Shown: positions 10,000 to 20,074 of the stretch, in pieces | Position numbering within the stretch: position 1 is the first letter of the stretch | Layout: each line of letters starts with the position of its first letter | Source: an uncultured bacterium | GTDB lineage: Bacteria > Cyanobacteriota > Cyanobacteriia > Cyanobacteriales > JASJDA01 | Length of the DNA stretch: 63,128 bases | Assembly: GCA_964458305.1 (NCBI GenBank) | Contig: CAYWIH010000008.1 | Location: 1-63,128, forward strand | Direction: 5' to 3' | Position numbers and translations under genes: made by a program | Notes under the pieces: model-generated | The model's input: only the letters and a program-made list of their open reading frames with translations | Databases searched by the model: none | Told to the model about the DNA's origin: nothing

Positions 10000-11298
10000 C
10001 TATGTTAATTGAGCAATAGTATAGTCGATAAATTGTTGTGCGGTTCGACCCGATCTGCCATTATGATGCATCGCCCATTGTTTTGCTCCTCTTATTAGTT
10101 CTTCTTCCTCAATTTTAAGCTCTGCTCTTGCTGCTAAATGACGCACGATGTTTAAATATGTTTCGAGATCGGGGGGTGAAAAGGTCAAACTCAAGCCAAA
10201 GCGATCGCTAAAGGATAGTTTTTCTTGCATCGTATCTAAAGCATGAATTTCTTCTTGTTGTGCTGGTGAGGGTCGATCTCCAAAAAATTCTCTAACTAAA
10301 TGCCTTCGATTTGAAGTAGCATAAATTACCATATTTTTGGGTTTGGCGATTAGGCTTCCTTCTAATATTACTTTCAATGCTTTAAATTTATCGTCATCTT
10401 CTTCAAAGGATAAATCGTCTACAAAGATAATGAATTTTTGCGGGACTTCTCGCAACTTTTCGATAATTTGTGGTAGGTTATATAGCTCCGATTTGCTAAC
10501 TTCTATCAGTCTCAAACCGCGATCGCCGTATTTGGTTAATAAACTTTTAACTAAAGAGGATTTTCCCGTTCCCCTACTGCCATATAATAAAACGTTTAAG
10601 GCACGATAACCTTGAAGTAATGCTTCGGTATTTTTAATAATGGCTTGTTTTTGAGTTTCGTAACCTGTTAAGGATTCTATTTCGATCGGATCGGGGCGAT
10701 CGATGCCTTGTAGTTCTCCTTGTTGCCAAGCAAAAGCGCGATATTTAGCAAAGATTCCCGTACCTTTTTCTCGGTAATAATTCCCTAGTTCTTCGAGGGA
10801 GTTTTCCCAGTTTTTTGTTACTTCTAAAAAAGAGCGATCGCTTTGGTTTTCCACATCCCAAGTTACTATATTTTTGGGTTTTTCTAAAATATTTTCGAGC
10901 CAATTTTGAATGGTGGCTGCTTGACAATTGTAAACTATTTGCAGATTTTTTAAGTCGTGTTTGGCAGCAGCAACTAGGGAGGGATTTAATTTGTCTGGGG
11001 TTTGTTTTTGAACTTGTTGGCTGAAAGGATTGTCGTCTTGTAAAATTTGAATTATTAAAAATTTTTGCCAGCTTAGCCGATTGGCGGCCATTATTTTAAA
11101 CCATTTTCCATAAGCGCGATCGCAGTTAAAATCAAACCCATTTTTTTCTTTTTTGTCTTTAATTTTTGTCAGGCAAATAGTTTGCAAAAGTTCTTTAAAA
11201 GTTATACCTATTTCATTTTCAAATACGGATTGATATAAAAGAAGAGAATTTATTTTTTCGAGAATTAATTGCGGTTTTAGTTCGCTATTTTTTTTCAT
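10000..11298 (-). CDS. DUF815 family AAA+ ATPase
   Basis: NVLLYGSRGTGKSS Walker A, FIIFVDDLSFEE Walker B, YATSNRRHL and EKLSFSDRFG. Confidence 0.9.
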   Translation of the reverse strand: MKKNSELKPQLILEKINSLLLYQSVFENEIGITFKELLQTICLTKIKDKKEKNGFDFNCDRAYGKWFKIMAANRLSWQKFLIIQILQDDNPFSQQVQKQTPDKLNPSLVAAAKHDLKNLQIVYNCQAATIQNWLENILEKPKNIVTWDVENQSDRSFLEVTKNWENSLEELGNYYREKGTGIFAKYRAFAWQQGELQGIDRPDPIEIESLTGYETQKQAIIKNTEALLQGYRALNVLLYGSRGTGKSSLVKSLLTKYGDRGLRLIEVSKSELYNLPQIIEKLREVPQKFIIFVDDLSFEEDDDKFKALKVILEGSLIAKPKNMVIYATSNRRHLVREFFGDRPSPAQQEEIHALDTMQEKLSFSDRFGLSLTFSPPDLETYLNIVRHLAARAELKIEEEELIRGAKQWAMHHNGRSGRTAQQFIDYTIAQLT

Positions 11299-11379
11299 AA
11301 ATTTAGATCTATTTATAAAACATTATCGGTTTATTTATATATTTTAATTTTTGTAAATCTCTGTTTTAAAAAATCTTAT

Positions 11380-12780
11380 TTAACGGCGAGGCAAAACAGA
11401 AGATTCGTGTTTGGCAAAACTATATTTATTAGACCAGGTTTTTATTTCTTCGAGAAACCATTCTCGCTCGTTTTTTGCTATTTTTGCTAAATCGTAAACT
11501 CCATCTTCGGTATTGAGGGTAATTTTTTTATACAATCTAACAATTCCTGGTAAAATTTCTTGATAAGGTTCGATGCTAAAATTCAAAATTTTAGGATATT
11601 GAAATTTTTTCACAGAAAGAGTGATGCCAAAGATATATTTTTCCACAGATAATTTTTCTGCAGACAAATAGATTTTAGTTCCTTCAAAAACAAATATCAA
11701 AGCATAAACAATTAAAATTGGGGCTATAATTGCCAGCCAAAAAATATAATTTACCGCCAAGTTAAAAACAAATATCTGCTTGAAAATAATTAATTTTACT
11801 AAAATCAAAGCCAGCAAAACAGCGTAATCGCGCCAGCCAATCACGTGACTGTTGGGAATATTAATTTTTAAACCTCTTTTAGTTTTATTAACTTCAATCT
11901 TCGATCGCTCGGCTCGATCGCGAGAATTTGTAGAGGGAGATTTTTTAAATAAAAGAGCTTTTTTGGCTTCGGTTGCAGTTTGAAAACGTCGTTGGGGATC
12001 GACATCGGTCATTTTTTCGAGCCATTTGACAAAATTTTTATCTAAATTAACGCGATCGGCAAATTCGAGATGAGATCCAGACTGAGGTAAATCTGCCGGA
12101 GTAATTCCGGTTACTAAATGAATTATAGTCGCGCCTAAAGCGTAAAGATCTGAAGCGGGAAGGGGCTTTCCTAAAAATTGTTCGACAGGAGTATAACCTT
12201 TACCGCCGATCGTATTGAAGCATACTCCTCGAGCCGCAGCAGTAGATTCGATAATGCCGAAACCGATTAAATAAATCTTACCATCCTCTCCTAAAATCAA
12301 ATTAGAGGGCTTAATACCGAGATGAAGGACTTGAGGGTTCAGTTGATGGAGGTAAGTCAAAATATCGAGTATTTCCAGGGCAAAAGAGATTAATTGTTTT
12401 TCAGAGAATTTTTGGCCGGCCTCGAGCAACTCAAACAAAGAAGGCCCTTGAATATATTCTTGAACCAATACGAACCAGATTACACCACCCCCAGCATAGG
12501 TATCGATATCGAAATAATCGATGTATTTGAGAATTTGAGGATGTTCTAGAGTTCTTAAGACTCTAGCTTCTTGTTTGAATAGTTTTAATTGTTCTGCAGA
12601 AGTACCCGGGCTTAAAGCTAACATTCGCAAACGAACTTTTTGTTGGGATACCGAATCTATCGCCAACCAAGTTTGTCGATCGCTAGTAGGAATTATTAAT
12701 TGTCTTTCTAATTGGTAACGATCCTCAATTTTTTCTTTTTCTTCAAACACACTTAACGCCTCATTGCTCGCTCGTTGCAT
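11380..12780 (-). CDS. Hanks-type Ser/Thr kinase homolog with degenerate catalytic motifs (pseudokinase) and C-terminal TM segments
   Basis: Kinase fold motifs (LEHPQILKY, GYTPVEQF, SDLYALG) are present, but VxxK reads VRLR, HRD reads HLG and DFG reads GFG. Confidence 0.85.
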   Translation of the reverse strand: MQRASNEALSVFEEKEKIEDRYQLERQLIIPTSDRQTWLAIDSVSQQKVRLRMLALSPGTSAEQLKLFKQEARVLRTLEHPQILKYIDYFDIDTYAGGGVIWFVLVQEYIQGPSLFELLEAGQKFSEKQLISFALEILDILTYLHQLNPQVLHLGIKPSNLILGEDGKIYLIGFGIIESTAAARGVCFNTIGGKGYTPVEQFLGKPLPASDLYALGATIIHLVTGITPADLPQSGSHLEFADRVNLDKNFVKWLEKMTDVDPQRRFQTATEAKKALLFKKSPSTNSRDRAERSKIEVNKTKRGLKINIPNSHVIGWRDYAVLLALILVKLIIFKQIFVFNLAVNYIFWLAIIAPILIVYALIFVFEGTKIYLSAEKLSVEKYIFGITLSVKKFQYPKILNFSIEPYQEILPGIVRLYKKITLNTEDGVYDLAKIAKNEREWFLEEIKTWSNKYSFAKHESSVLPRR

Positions 12781-12823
12781 TGTATCTTTCTTCTCGCATA
12801 AAACCCACTGCTATTTTCGAGTT

Positions 12824-14125
12824 TCAATCGGATCTAATTTGATTCCACTCTTTAGCCGCATCTTCGATCGCCTTTTCGACAGTTTTTTGTTTTAGCATCG
12901 CACTTTGAAGGTTTTCGTAGATGATTTTTTGGAGTAAATTGAGATTTTTTCTCGGTTTAATTAGTACTTTGGCATCTTTTATCTGAGAAGCACTCACTTT
13001 CATGGCTGCTTCTACTGGAGAAATTGTCGTTCCATCGTTTAATTCTGCAAGATATCGATCGATTCCTGCCACTGTCGAGGGTAATACTTTTGCTGCTTTG
13101 GCAAAAGCGACTTGATTTTCGGTATTAGTTACGTATAGGGCAAATTCGAGGGCTTTATCGGGCTGGTCGGTGCTGCGAGGAATGGCTAAATTCATCACCG
13201 CGACATTTTTCAATCGAGTCGGGCCCGTAATTTGAGGTGCTGAGGCCGATACTTTAGCGATCGAGGGGGCAGAAATAGCGATCGATTCTAAAAATTCGGC
13301 CCCCGAAGCCAGTATTGCCGTTTCTCCTGCTTGATAGAGTTGTATGCCGTAGCGGTGTCCCTGGGTTAATACTTCTCTTGGTAAAAGTTCTTGCTGGTAC
13401 AAATCTACCCAATAGCGAAATGCGGCAATGCCTTCTTTGCTGTTAAATGCTGCCTTGCCTTCTTCATCGACTAATTCGACTCCCATTTGTACGAAAGATT
13501 CTAATACTTCGCTAGAATCTCCGGGTACGAAAGTAATAAAAAAGGCATATTTGCCAGTTTCTTGTTTAATTTTAGCAGCAATTTCAGCCAATTCTTGATA
13601 AGTTTGTGGCGGTTTTTTAATCTTTGCTTTTTGCAATAAATCTTGATTATAAATTGTTATTCGTGTTGTTAAATACCAAGGAACTGCAAAAATTGACTCT
13701 TCACATTTTTGTTGCAAACAAAGTTTAATAGTGCTGGCTTCCCAAATATTTGTTAAGTATTTTTTCTGAATATTTTCTGGTACTTTTTCTGCCAGGTTTA
13801 ACCAGGCTTTGCGCTGAGCTAATTGGGAGGCAAAATTAGGATTTAAATTGACTACGTCTGGAGCAGTTCCTGCGGCTACTGAGGTAAGTATTTTACTTTT
13901 CATATCCCCCCAAGGAACGTCGAGCCAGCGAATTTTATTATTTGTATCCTTAGCTTCAAAATCCGATATCAATTCAGAAAAATATTCTGTAAAATCTGGT
14001 TTTAGTTGCATCGTCCAGAACTCTATTTCGTTATCTGGTTTACTAGAACAGCTATTAAGAGCCAATGACAAGAGAAGGAATATTGTAGAAATGCTGAGAA
14101 CTTTGACTTTTGTTATTCTTTTCAT
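12824..14125 (-). CDS. Sugar ABC transporter substrate-binding lipoprotein
   Basis: Lipobox LALNSC, FWTMQLKP, APDVVNLNP and PWYLTTR; start moved to the ATG at 14125. Confidence 0.85.
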   Translation of the reverse strand: MKRITKVKVLSISTIFLLLSLALNSCSSKPDNEIEFWTMQLKPDFTEYFSELISDFEAKDTNNKIRWLDVPWGDMKSKILTSVAAGTAPDVVNLNPNFASQLAQRKAWLNLAEKVPENIQKKYLTNIWEASTIKLCLQQKCEESIFAVPWYLTTRITIYNQDLLQKAKIKKPPQTYQELAEIAAKIKQETGKYAFFITFVPGDSSEVLESFVQMGVELVDEEGKAAFNSKEGIAAFRYWVDLYQQELLPREVLTQGHRYGIQLYQAGETAILASGAEFLESIAISAPSIAKVSASAPQITGPTRLKNVAVMNLAIPRSTDQPDKALEFALYVTNTENQVAFAKAAKVLPSTVAGIDRYLAELNDGTTISPVEAAMKVSASQIKDAKVLIKPRKNLNLLQKIIYENLQSAMLKQKTVEKAIEDAAKEWNQIRSD

Positions 14126-14303
14126 TGCTAAAATCTTGAGATAATGCATACTTTTAATGGAATCTAAATTAATGAGTGAAACATCGAAAAATGTTTGATA
14201 GAAAACATACAACTAATCGCTCTGTTTCCAGGTAAAGTTAATAGCTAATGACAAATCAAATCCAGCAAATTTGTTATTATTACTCCCTCTATTATAATTC
14301 TGT

Positions 14304-15410
14304 TTGTGGGGAAAAATGTTAAACAACCTCTTTTCCAAATCAAGCCAAGGAATTGGCATTGAAATTACTCCAGCCAAGCTCAATATCGTCCAACTAAGCA
14401 AACAAAAAGACAACTACAAATTAGTCAATAATGTAACAGCAGAGCTACCAGAAGGGCTATTTCAGGAAGGAAAAATTACCGAACCTGCGGCGATCGCAGA
14501 AACGATAGTTTCGACCTTAAAAGAACATAAAATTAAAGCCACAAATGTCGCTACTGCCGTGCCGATGCGGGATGCAATTATCCGCATAATTCCCATTCCT
14601 CAAGAATTAGACGAGGAAGAAATGCGAGACATGATTTTGAATCACGAAGCAGCATTATACTTGCCCTATCCTCGAGAAGAAGTAGATATAGATTACCAAA
14701 AACTGGGCTACTTTCAAGATGAAGATGGGATCGATAAAGTTCAAGTCTTGTTAGTGGCAACACGCAAAGAAGTAACCGATCTGTACTTAGATATTTTCCA
14801 ACAAGCTCAATTGAAGATAGACGTGCTAGAAATCAGCAGTTTTGCCTTAATTAGAGCGATCGAAGATCAATTGACCCAATTTGCCCCTAACGAAGCAGTG
14901 GTGTTAGTAGATATAGAATTCGACAGCACCGAAATCGCGATCGTAGTTGAAGGAGTGCCACAATTTTCTCGCAACGTACCGATCGGAGCGTATCAAATGC
15001 AGAACGCGCTCTCATCGGCAATGAATTTACCTCCTTCGCGAGACATTCAACAGTTACAAGAAATGACGATTATTAATGTCTCTTCGGAGGATTTAGCCAC
15101 AGGTTTGACCTCGATCAATCCGGGAATGGCAGCTTTGTTAAAAGTATTGGCAGAATTAGTCGATGAATTGCGTCGCTCGATTAATTTTTATCTCAACCAG
15201 AGAGGAGATATAGAAGTAGCGCAACTATTGCTAGCCGGGCCGGGAGGAGGAATCGGGCAAATAGATGAATTTTTTACTCAACGTTTGGGAGTTCCCGCAT
15301 CGGCGATCGACCCGATTTCTTCACTATCTTTGGATATAAAACAAGAAATTCCCGCAGTAGAAAGACCCGGATTGGGTGTCGTACTGGGTTTAGGAATGCG
15401 AGAGGTATAA
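14304..15410 (+). CDS. pilM: Type IV pilus assembly protein PilM
   Basis: GIGIEI actin-like N-terminus, EAALYLPYPREEVDIDYQKLG, LLAGPGG and LGLGMREV; probable start at ATG 14316. Confidence 0.93.
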   Translation: MWGKMLNNLFSKSSQGIGIEITPAKLNIVQLSKQKDNYKLVNNVTAELPEGLFQEGKITEPAAIAETIVSTLKEHKIKATNVATAVPMRDAIIRIIPIPQELDEEEMRDMILNHEAALYLPYPREEVDIDYQKLGYFQDEDGIDKVQVLLVATRKEVTDLYLDIFQQAQLKIDVLEISSFALIRAIEDQLTQFAPNEAVVLVDIEFDSTEIAIVVEGVPQFSRNVPIGAYQMQNALSSAMNLPPSRDIQQLQEMTIINVSSEDLATGLTSINPGMAALLKVLAELVDELRRSINFYLNQRGDIEVAQLLLAGPGGGIGQIDEFFTQRLGVPASAIDPISSLSLDIKQEIPAVERPGLGVVLGLGMREV

Positions 15411-15414
15411 ACTG

Positions 15415-16173
15415 ATGTATAACCTAAATATTAATTTTCTCAAAGATCGTCAAGAAGAAGAACCCCTAGTTGCGAGCAAAAGTACTCAAGTAGGAGGAGC
15501 AACCGGAAGCCAGTCGAACGTACCGATGATTGTTGGTGGTTTGATAATGCTGTTGCTGCCAGCTTTAGCCTTTGGATATTCTTTGAAACTGGCCCAACAA
15601 AACGAAAAAATCCAAGCTGAAAATCAACAACTCGACAGTCAAATAGCCCAGGCTAAAGCAGAAACTCAGGCGATCGACCAAAGAAGACAACTATTAAACA
15701 ACGTCCAAGCTGAAAATAGGGCTTTAGTGAGTGTTTTTACCCAAATTACACCCTGGTCGGCAGTTTTCCAAGACATCAGCGATCGAATTCCCACTGGGGT
15801 ACAAATCGAGTCGATCGAAGAAACATCTGATGGAGGCCCGGTCAACCTACAAATTAAGGGATATGCCACTACTCAGGGTGCGGTGAATGATTTTTTATTA
15901 ACCCTGCAAGAATCTAAATTCTTAGCAACTAATAAAACTCAAATCGAGGACACTAGAGCAGTTAATAATGCCATTCAAATTGAGACTTCTAGAGAAGACC
16001 TCGATCTCGAAGAACTTGGCATCAGACCGCCAGAGCTAGTCCAATATACCATTAAGACTCAGCTTAACAATACCCCAGCTTCCCAATTAATTGAAGAATT
16101 ATCTCGCAAAGGATCTGTGGGAATAGTTAGAAGAATTAGAACATTAGAAGAAAAAGGGATTCCAGTAAAATGA
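15415..16173 (+). CDS. pilN: Type IV pilus assembly protein PilN
   Basis: N-terminal INFLKDR PilM-binding motif, single TM helix, coiled coil and VNDFLLTLQ. Confidence 0.9.
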   Translation: MYNLNINFLKDRQEEEPLVASKSTQVGGATGSQSNVPMIVGGLIMLLLPALAFGYSLKLAQQNEKIQAENQQLDSQIAQAKAETQAIDQRRQLLNNVQAENRALVSVFTQITPWSAVFQDISDRIPTGVQIESIEETSDGGPVNLQIKGYATTQGAVNDFLLTLQESKFLATNKTQIEDTRAVNNAIQIETSREDLDLEELGIRPPELVQYTIKTQLNNTPASQLIEELSRKGSVGIVRRIRTLEEKGIPVK

Positions 16174-16916
16174 CTTATATCCAAAAGTTTGCCCCCGAAG
16201 ACGAGTCGGATTTTGAGCCAGAATATCCCACAGCTTTTGGCATCACTTTTACACCTATAGTTACCGGTATCCTCTTTACCCTGATCGGTTTGGGTGTAGC
16301 GGGTTGGTTGTGGACATCGCGAGTTCAAACCCTGCAAACAGAAAATACTAAGCTCAGGCAGGACAGAACTGCCAAACAACAAGAACTCGATCGAGCTAAA
16401 AATACTGATGTCGAGAAAGCTCTAGCAGAATTAAACCAACAAATCGAACGAGAACAAAAACTAAAAACAGAAATCTTAGGTTTGTTTTCCGACCAACAAA
16501 CATTTGACACTCTCTTGTTAGATATTAATAACTTAGTTACTTTTCAAGGGGCAAAATTAACAAGTTACAGGATCGAAGAAGCAGAACCAACCGTAATCGC
16601 AGATGGTTCTTTAGGCCCTTTAGTCAATGGTAAATTAAAGCGTCAGACCGTTAGCTTGGAGATGGAAGGAGATTTTGACGAAATAGAGAATATTTTGCGA
16701 GATATCGAGCGTTTGCAGACTTTATTGCTCGTTGAGAATCTCGATTCGAGACAAACAGAACAGCAAATATATCTTTTTGATGGTGTTAGTTTTAGTCCTC
16801 AAAATAACCCCAAACTGAAAACTACCATGACACTGAAGGTTTTATTACCCCTAACACCGGTGGAGAAAAAGGCGCAAGAAGCAGCAGCCGAAGCAGCCGA
16901 AAACCAGAACCAATAG
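16170..16916 (+). CDS. pilO: Type IV pilus assembly protein PilO
   Basis: YPTAFGITFTP, TM helix, coiled coil and LRDIERLQTLL; operon position. Confidence 0.85.
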   Translation: MTYIQKFAPEDESDFEPEYPTAFGITFTPIVTGILFTLIGLGVAGWLWTSRVQTLQTENTKLRQDRTAKQQELDRAKNTDVEKALAELNQQIEREQKLKTEILGLFSDQQTFDTLLLDINNLVTFQGAKLTSYRIEEAEPTVIADGSLGPLVNGKLKRQTVSLEMEGDFDEIENILRDIERLQTLLLVENLDSRQTEQQIYLFDGVSFSPQNNPKLKTTMTLKVLLPLTPVEKKAQEAAAEAAENQNQ

Positions 16917-16957
16917 GGCAAAAATCTAACAACTTAAACTGAAAAGAGGAAAGAACC

Positions 16958-18694
16958 GTGAGAAAATCAAATCAGCATCGCCAACGGACTCGATCGAAAG
17001 GGTTAAGAATAGTTGCCGGAGCAGCCGGAATCCTCTTAGCCACCCAATCTATTTCCTTTGCCGGAATCAAACAGCAAAAGGAAGTTAAAGAGGACAAAAG
17101 AACTTCTCAAACCTTTTTGCTAGCTCAAAGCGAGCCTAACGTACTAGTTCCCAATCCAGAAATTTTAATCGATGGGAAACCAAACCACACTACCAACCCC
17201 CGTCCGCAATTTTTGCCTAGAGCAGTAGCTCCACCAGTAGGAGATATTGCTATTTCTACTATCAATGCTTCTCCTGTCAATCTCAATTTAAGTACTCATG
17301 CTGTCGTACCCCGTTTAGTCTTAAGAGAAGCCCCAGTCAGGGAAGTTTTGGGCTTATTAGCTCGAGCTGCTGGTTTAAACTTGGTTTTCACTACTGAGGG
17401 CGGAGACGCTCAAGCAACCCAACAACAAGCCGAGCAAACTATTTCTTTAGATTTAGAAAACGAGCCGGTTGAAGATGTTTTTAACTCGGTGCTGCTAGTT
17501 TCTGGTTTAACTGCCAACCGTCGCGGCAATACCATCTACGTAGGGGCTAGATTGCCAGATTCGGCTCGCGATCTTGTCACCCGCACTTTACGAGTCAATC
17601 AAGTATCTGCTTCTAGTGCTTCTGCATTTCTAGCTTCTCAAGGGGCGCAAGTAGAGCGTTTAATTACTCCAGTTAGAGAAATTGTCGATCCTGTTACTAA
17701 TAGAATCGTGCAAAGAGTAACAGAACCAGCACAGTTACAAACATTAACAATTACCAACGACGAAGATTCGATCGCTCCTTTACTTTTAAATGGCTTAAAA
17801 GTATCTACCGACGATCGCCTTAATTTAGTAACTTTAGTCGGCTCTCCCCGCCAAGTAGAAATTGCTTCTTCTTTTATCACCCAACTCGATGCTCGTCAGC
17901 GTCAGGTAGCGGTTAACGTTAAAGTTGTCGATATCAATCTCAATAATAGAGATTTCTACAATAGTAGTTTCTCTTTCGGGATTGGAGATACTGTTTTCAA
18001 CCAAAACCAAGGAGAAGGCATTGTTAATTTTGGAACTGGTTTGCCTACCCAGAGATTTGTCGCCACTATTCAATCGGAAGTAACTAACGGTAACGCCAAA
18101 ATTCTGACCGATCCTACCTTAGTAATTCAAGAAGGACAGGAAGCCACAGTTAAATTAGCTCAAAATATTGTTACTAATTTTTCTAGTGAAGTAGCTCCAG
18201 ATACTGGAGTAGTAACTACCGAAGCAGAAATTGAAGAAGTCGGTTTAATTCTGCAAATTAATGTCGAGCGCATCGACGATAACGGGTATATTAGCTTATC
18301 CGTAGCTCCTACTGTTAGCTCTCCTGGTGCAGATTTTCAGCTCAGTACTTCTGGCTTTGGTGCTCCCAATACAATTAACTTAATCACCAAGCGAGAATTA
18401 AGTTCTGGATTAGTTCGCTTGCGAGATTCTCAAACTTTAGTTTTATCGGGTATCATCCAAGAGATCGAACGAAATACAATCTCTAAAGTTCCTATTTTCG
18501 GCGATTTACCTATCCTCGGTGCTTTATTTAGAAGAACCGATCGACAAAACGAACGAGCTGAAGTCGTTGTTTTAGTAACTCCCCAAATTCTCGACGATTC
18601 CGATCGCTCTAATTTCGGCTACCAATATACTCCCGGCAGAGATGTCCGCCGCATGTTACAAAAAAGAGGATTCCCCGTTCAGGGTTATCAATAA
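16958..18694 (+). CDS. pilQ: Type IV pilus secretin PilQ (no apparent AMIN domain)
   Basis: PRAVAPPVGDIA, LREAPVREVL, AKILTDPTL and KVPIFGDLPILGALFR secretin signature. Confidence 0.92.
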   Translation: MRKSNQHRQRTRSKGLRIVAGAAGILLATQSISFAGIKQQKEVKEDKRTSQTFLLAQSEPNVLVPNPEILIDGKPNHTTNPRPQFLPRAVAPPVGDIAISTINASPVNLNLSTHAVVPRLVLREAPVREVLGLLARAAGLNLVFTTEGGDAQATQQQAEQTISLDLENEPVEDVFNSVLLVSGLTANRRGNTIYVGARLPDSARDLVTRTLRVNQVSASSASAFLASQGAQVERLITPVREIVDPVTNRIVQRVTEPAQLQTLTITNDEDSIAPLLLNGLKVSTDDRLNLVTLVGSPRQVEIASSFITQLDARQRQVAVNVKVVDINLNNRDFYNSSFSFGIGDTVFNQNQGEGIVNFGTGLPTQRFVATIQSEVTNGNAKILTDPTLVIQEGQEATVKLAQNIVTNFSSEVAPDTGVVTTEAEIEEVGLILQINVERIDDNGYISLSVAPTVSSPGADFQLSTSGFGAPNTINLITKRELSSGLVRLRDSQTLVLSGIIQEIERNTISKVPIFGDLPILGALFRRTDRQNERAEVVVLVTPQILDDSDRSNFGYQYTPGRDVRRMLQKRGFPVQGYQ

Positions 18695-18730
18695 GGTTTA
18701 GTACAGAAGTTTCATCGCTTCTTTTGATTC

Positions 18731-19396
18731 TTACTCAATCTCCTTTAAAGCTGCAATTGCGATCGCTTGGGGTAAGATGCGATGTTCTTCGATTTGTACT
18801 CTGGCATGAAGGGTTTCGGGAGTATCTTCGGCTAATACTGGTACGGCGGCTTGAATTAAAATCGGGCCGCTATCTACTTCTAAATTAACTATATGAACCG
18901 TACAACCAGTAATTTTTACTTTGGCAGCTATTGCTTTTTCTATGGCGTTAATGCCGCGAAAACTGGGCAGCAAACTGGGATGAATGTTTATTACTCGATC
19001 GGGAAATGCTTCTAGTAAAATTTCTGTGGCTACTCGCATCCATCCAGCCATCACTACCCAATCTATTTCGTATTTTTTGAGGGTTTCGACGATAGCTCGA
19101 TCGAATTCTTGACGTTTTTTATATTCTTTGTGATTTATTAATACTGCTGGTACTTGCCAATTTTCAGCGCGCGATCGCACTTTGGCTGAAGGATTGTTAT
19201 ATATCAATACTTTAATTTCGGCATTTAATCGTTTTTCTTCGATCGCTTTGGCAACTGCTTCGAAGTTACTCCCATTCCCAGATGCCATTATTGCTAGTTT
19301 GATTGTTTTTTTTATTTGTAGTTCCTCGGGCGATCGCACTGGTGATATTAGGTTTGCTGTGGTTTGCTTTGGCTCGAGGTCGGAAGTTTTCGCCAT
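18731..19396 (-). CDS. purN: Phosphoribosylglycinamide formyltransferase
   Basis: ASGNGSNF, AGWMR, INIHPSLLP, GCTVH and VDSGPI. Confidence 0.96.
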   Translation of the reverse strand: MAKTSDLEPKQTTANLISPVRSPEELQIKKTIKLAIMASGNGSNFEAVAKAIEEKRLNAEIKVLIYNNPSAKVRSRAENWQVPAVLINHKEYKKRQEFDRAIVETLKKYEIDWVVMAGWMRVATEILLEAFPDRVINIHPSLLPSFRGINAIEKAIAAKVKITGCTVHIVNLEVDSGPILIQAAVPVLAEDTPETLHARVQIEEHRILPQAIAIAALKEIE

Positions 19397-19495
19397 AAAT
19401 ACTCAAGGATGTATCGCAATTATACAAGCTTACTATTGTTAATTTTCAATCGCAGATGATAATAATAGTCTTTTTAAGATCGATCTCGACCTTTT

Positions 19496-19635
19496 AAAAA
19501 CTATTGCGCCCAGAAATTAGTATTTTTGTCTGGCTCTCGAGGGGTTGAAAAAACTATTGCGCCCGGAAATTAGTATTTTTGTCTGGCTCTCGAGGGTTGA
19601 AAAAACTATTGCGCCCGGAAACTAGTATTTTTGTC
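19496..19635. repeat. Intergenic tandem repeat, about 2.7 copies of a 52-53 bp unit
   Basis: AAAAACTATTGCGCCC(A/G)GAAA(T/C)TAGTATTTTTGTC(TGGCTCTCGAGGG(G)TTG); CTATT starts at 19501, 19554 and 19606. Confidence 0.92.
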
Positions 19636-19735
19636 AAAAATAGTCTAATCTTCCCAGAGCAAAAAACTAATTAAATAATTAATAATTTGAGGAGTGAGGA
19701 AATTAATTCTTTAAAATTAAAGTATATGTAGAAAG

Positions 19736-20023
19736 TTGGAAAAAGTGGTGACGAACAAAAATTTACTACTAACCCTAACGATCGGCTTAACTTTAGGAAT
19801 TAGTTCTTGTAGTTCCGTACAAACAAATATGTCTCGAACTTTTGCCGATTGGACTAATAGAGAAGCATATATTAAGTGTTATTCTGGAGGCAAATTAATT
19901 TTTGATAGCGAATCAGACGGGAAAGTATTTTCTGAAAAAGATTCTGACGGTTATGTTTTTATCGATAAAAAAGATGGCAAACTAAAAGAAGTTTCTGGCG
20001 ATTGTATCGTTAATTATAAATAA
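19736..20023 (+). CDS. Small hypothetical lipoprotein
   Basis: Hydrophobic signal peptide with lipobox ISSC and a beta-rich mature part carrying two further Cys. Confidence 0.7.
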   Translation: MEKVVTNKNLLLTLTIGLTLGISSCSSVQTNMSRTFADWTNREAYIKCYSGGKLIFDSESDGKVFSEKDSDGYVFIDKKDGKLKEVSGDCIVNYK

Positions 20024-20074
20024 GCGAATATACGTTAATTAATTATTAGTGATTTAGATAAAATAAGAGATTTT

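Noticed and set aside
19496-19635. Possible mini CRISPR array
   Set aside because: The segments between repeats are essentially identical rather than unique spacers, and no cas genes are present; it is a tandem repeat.
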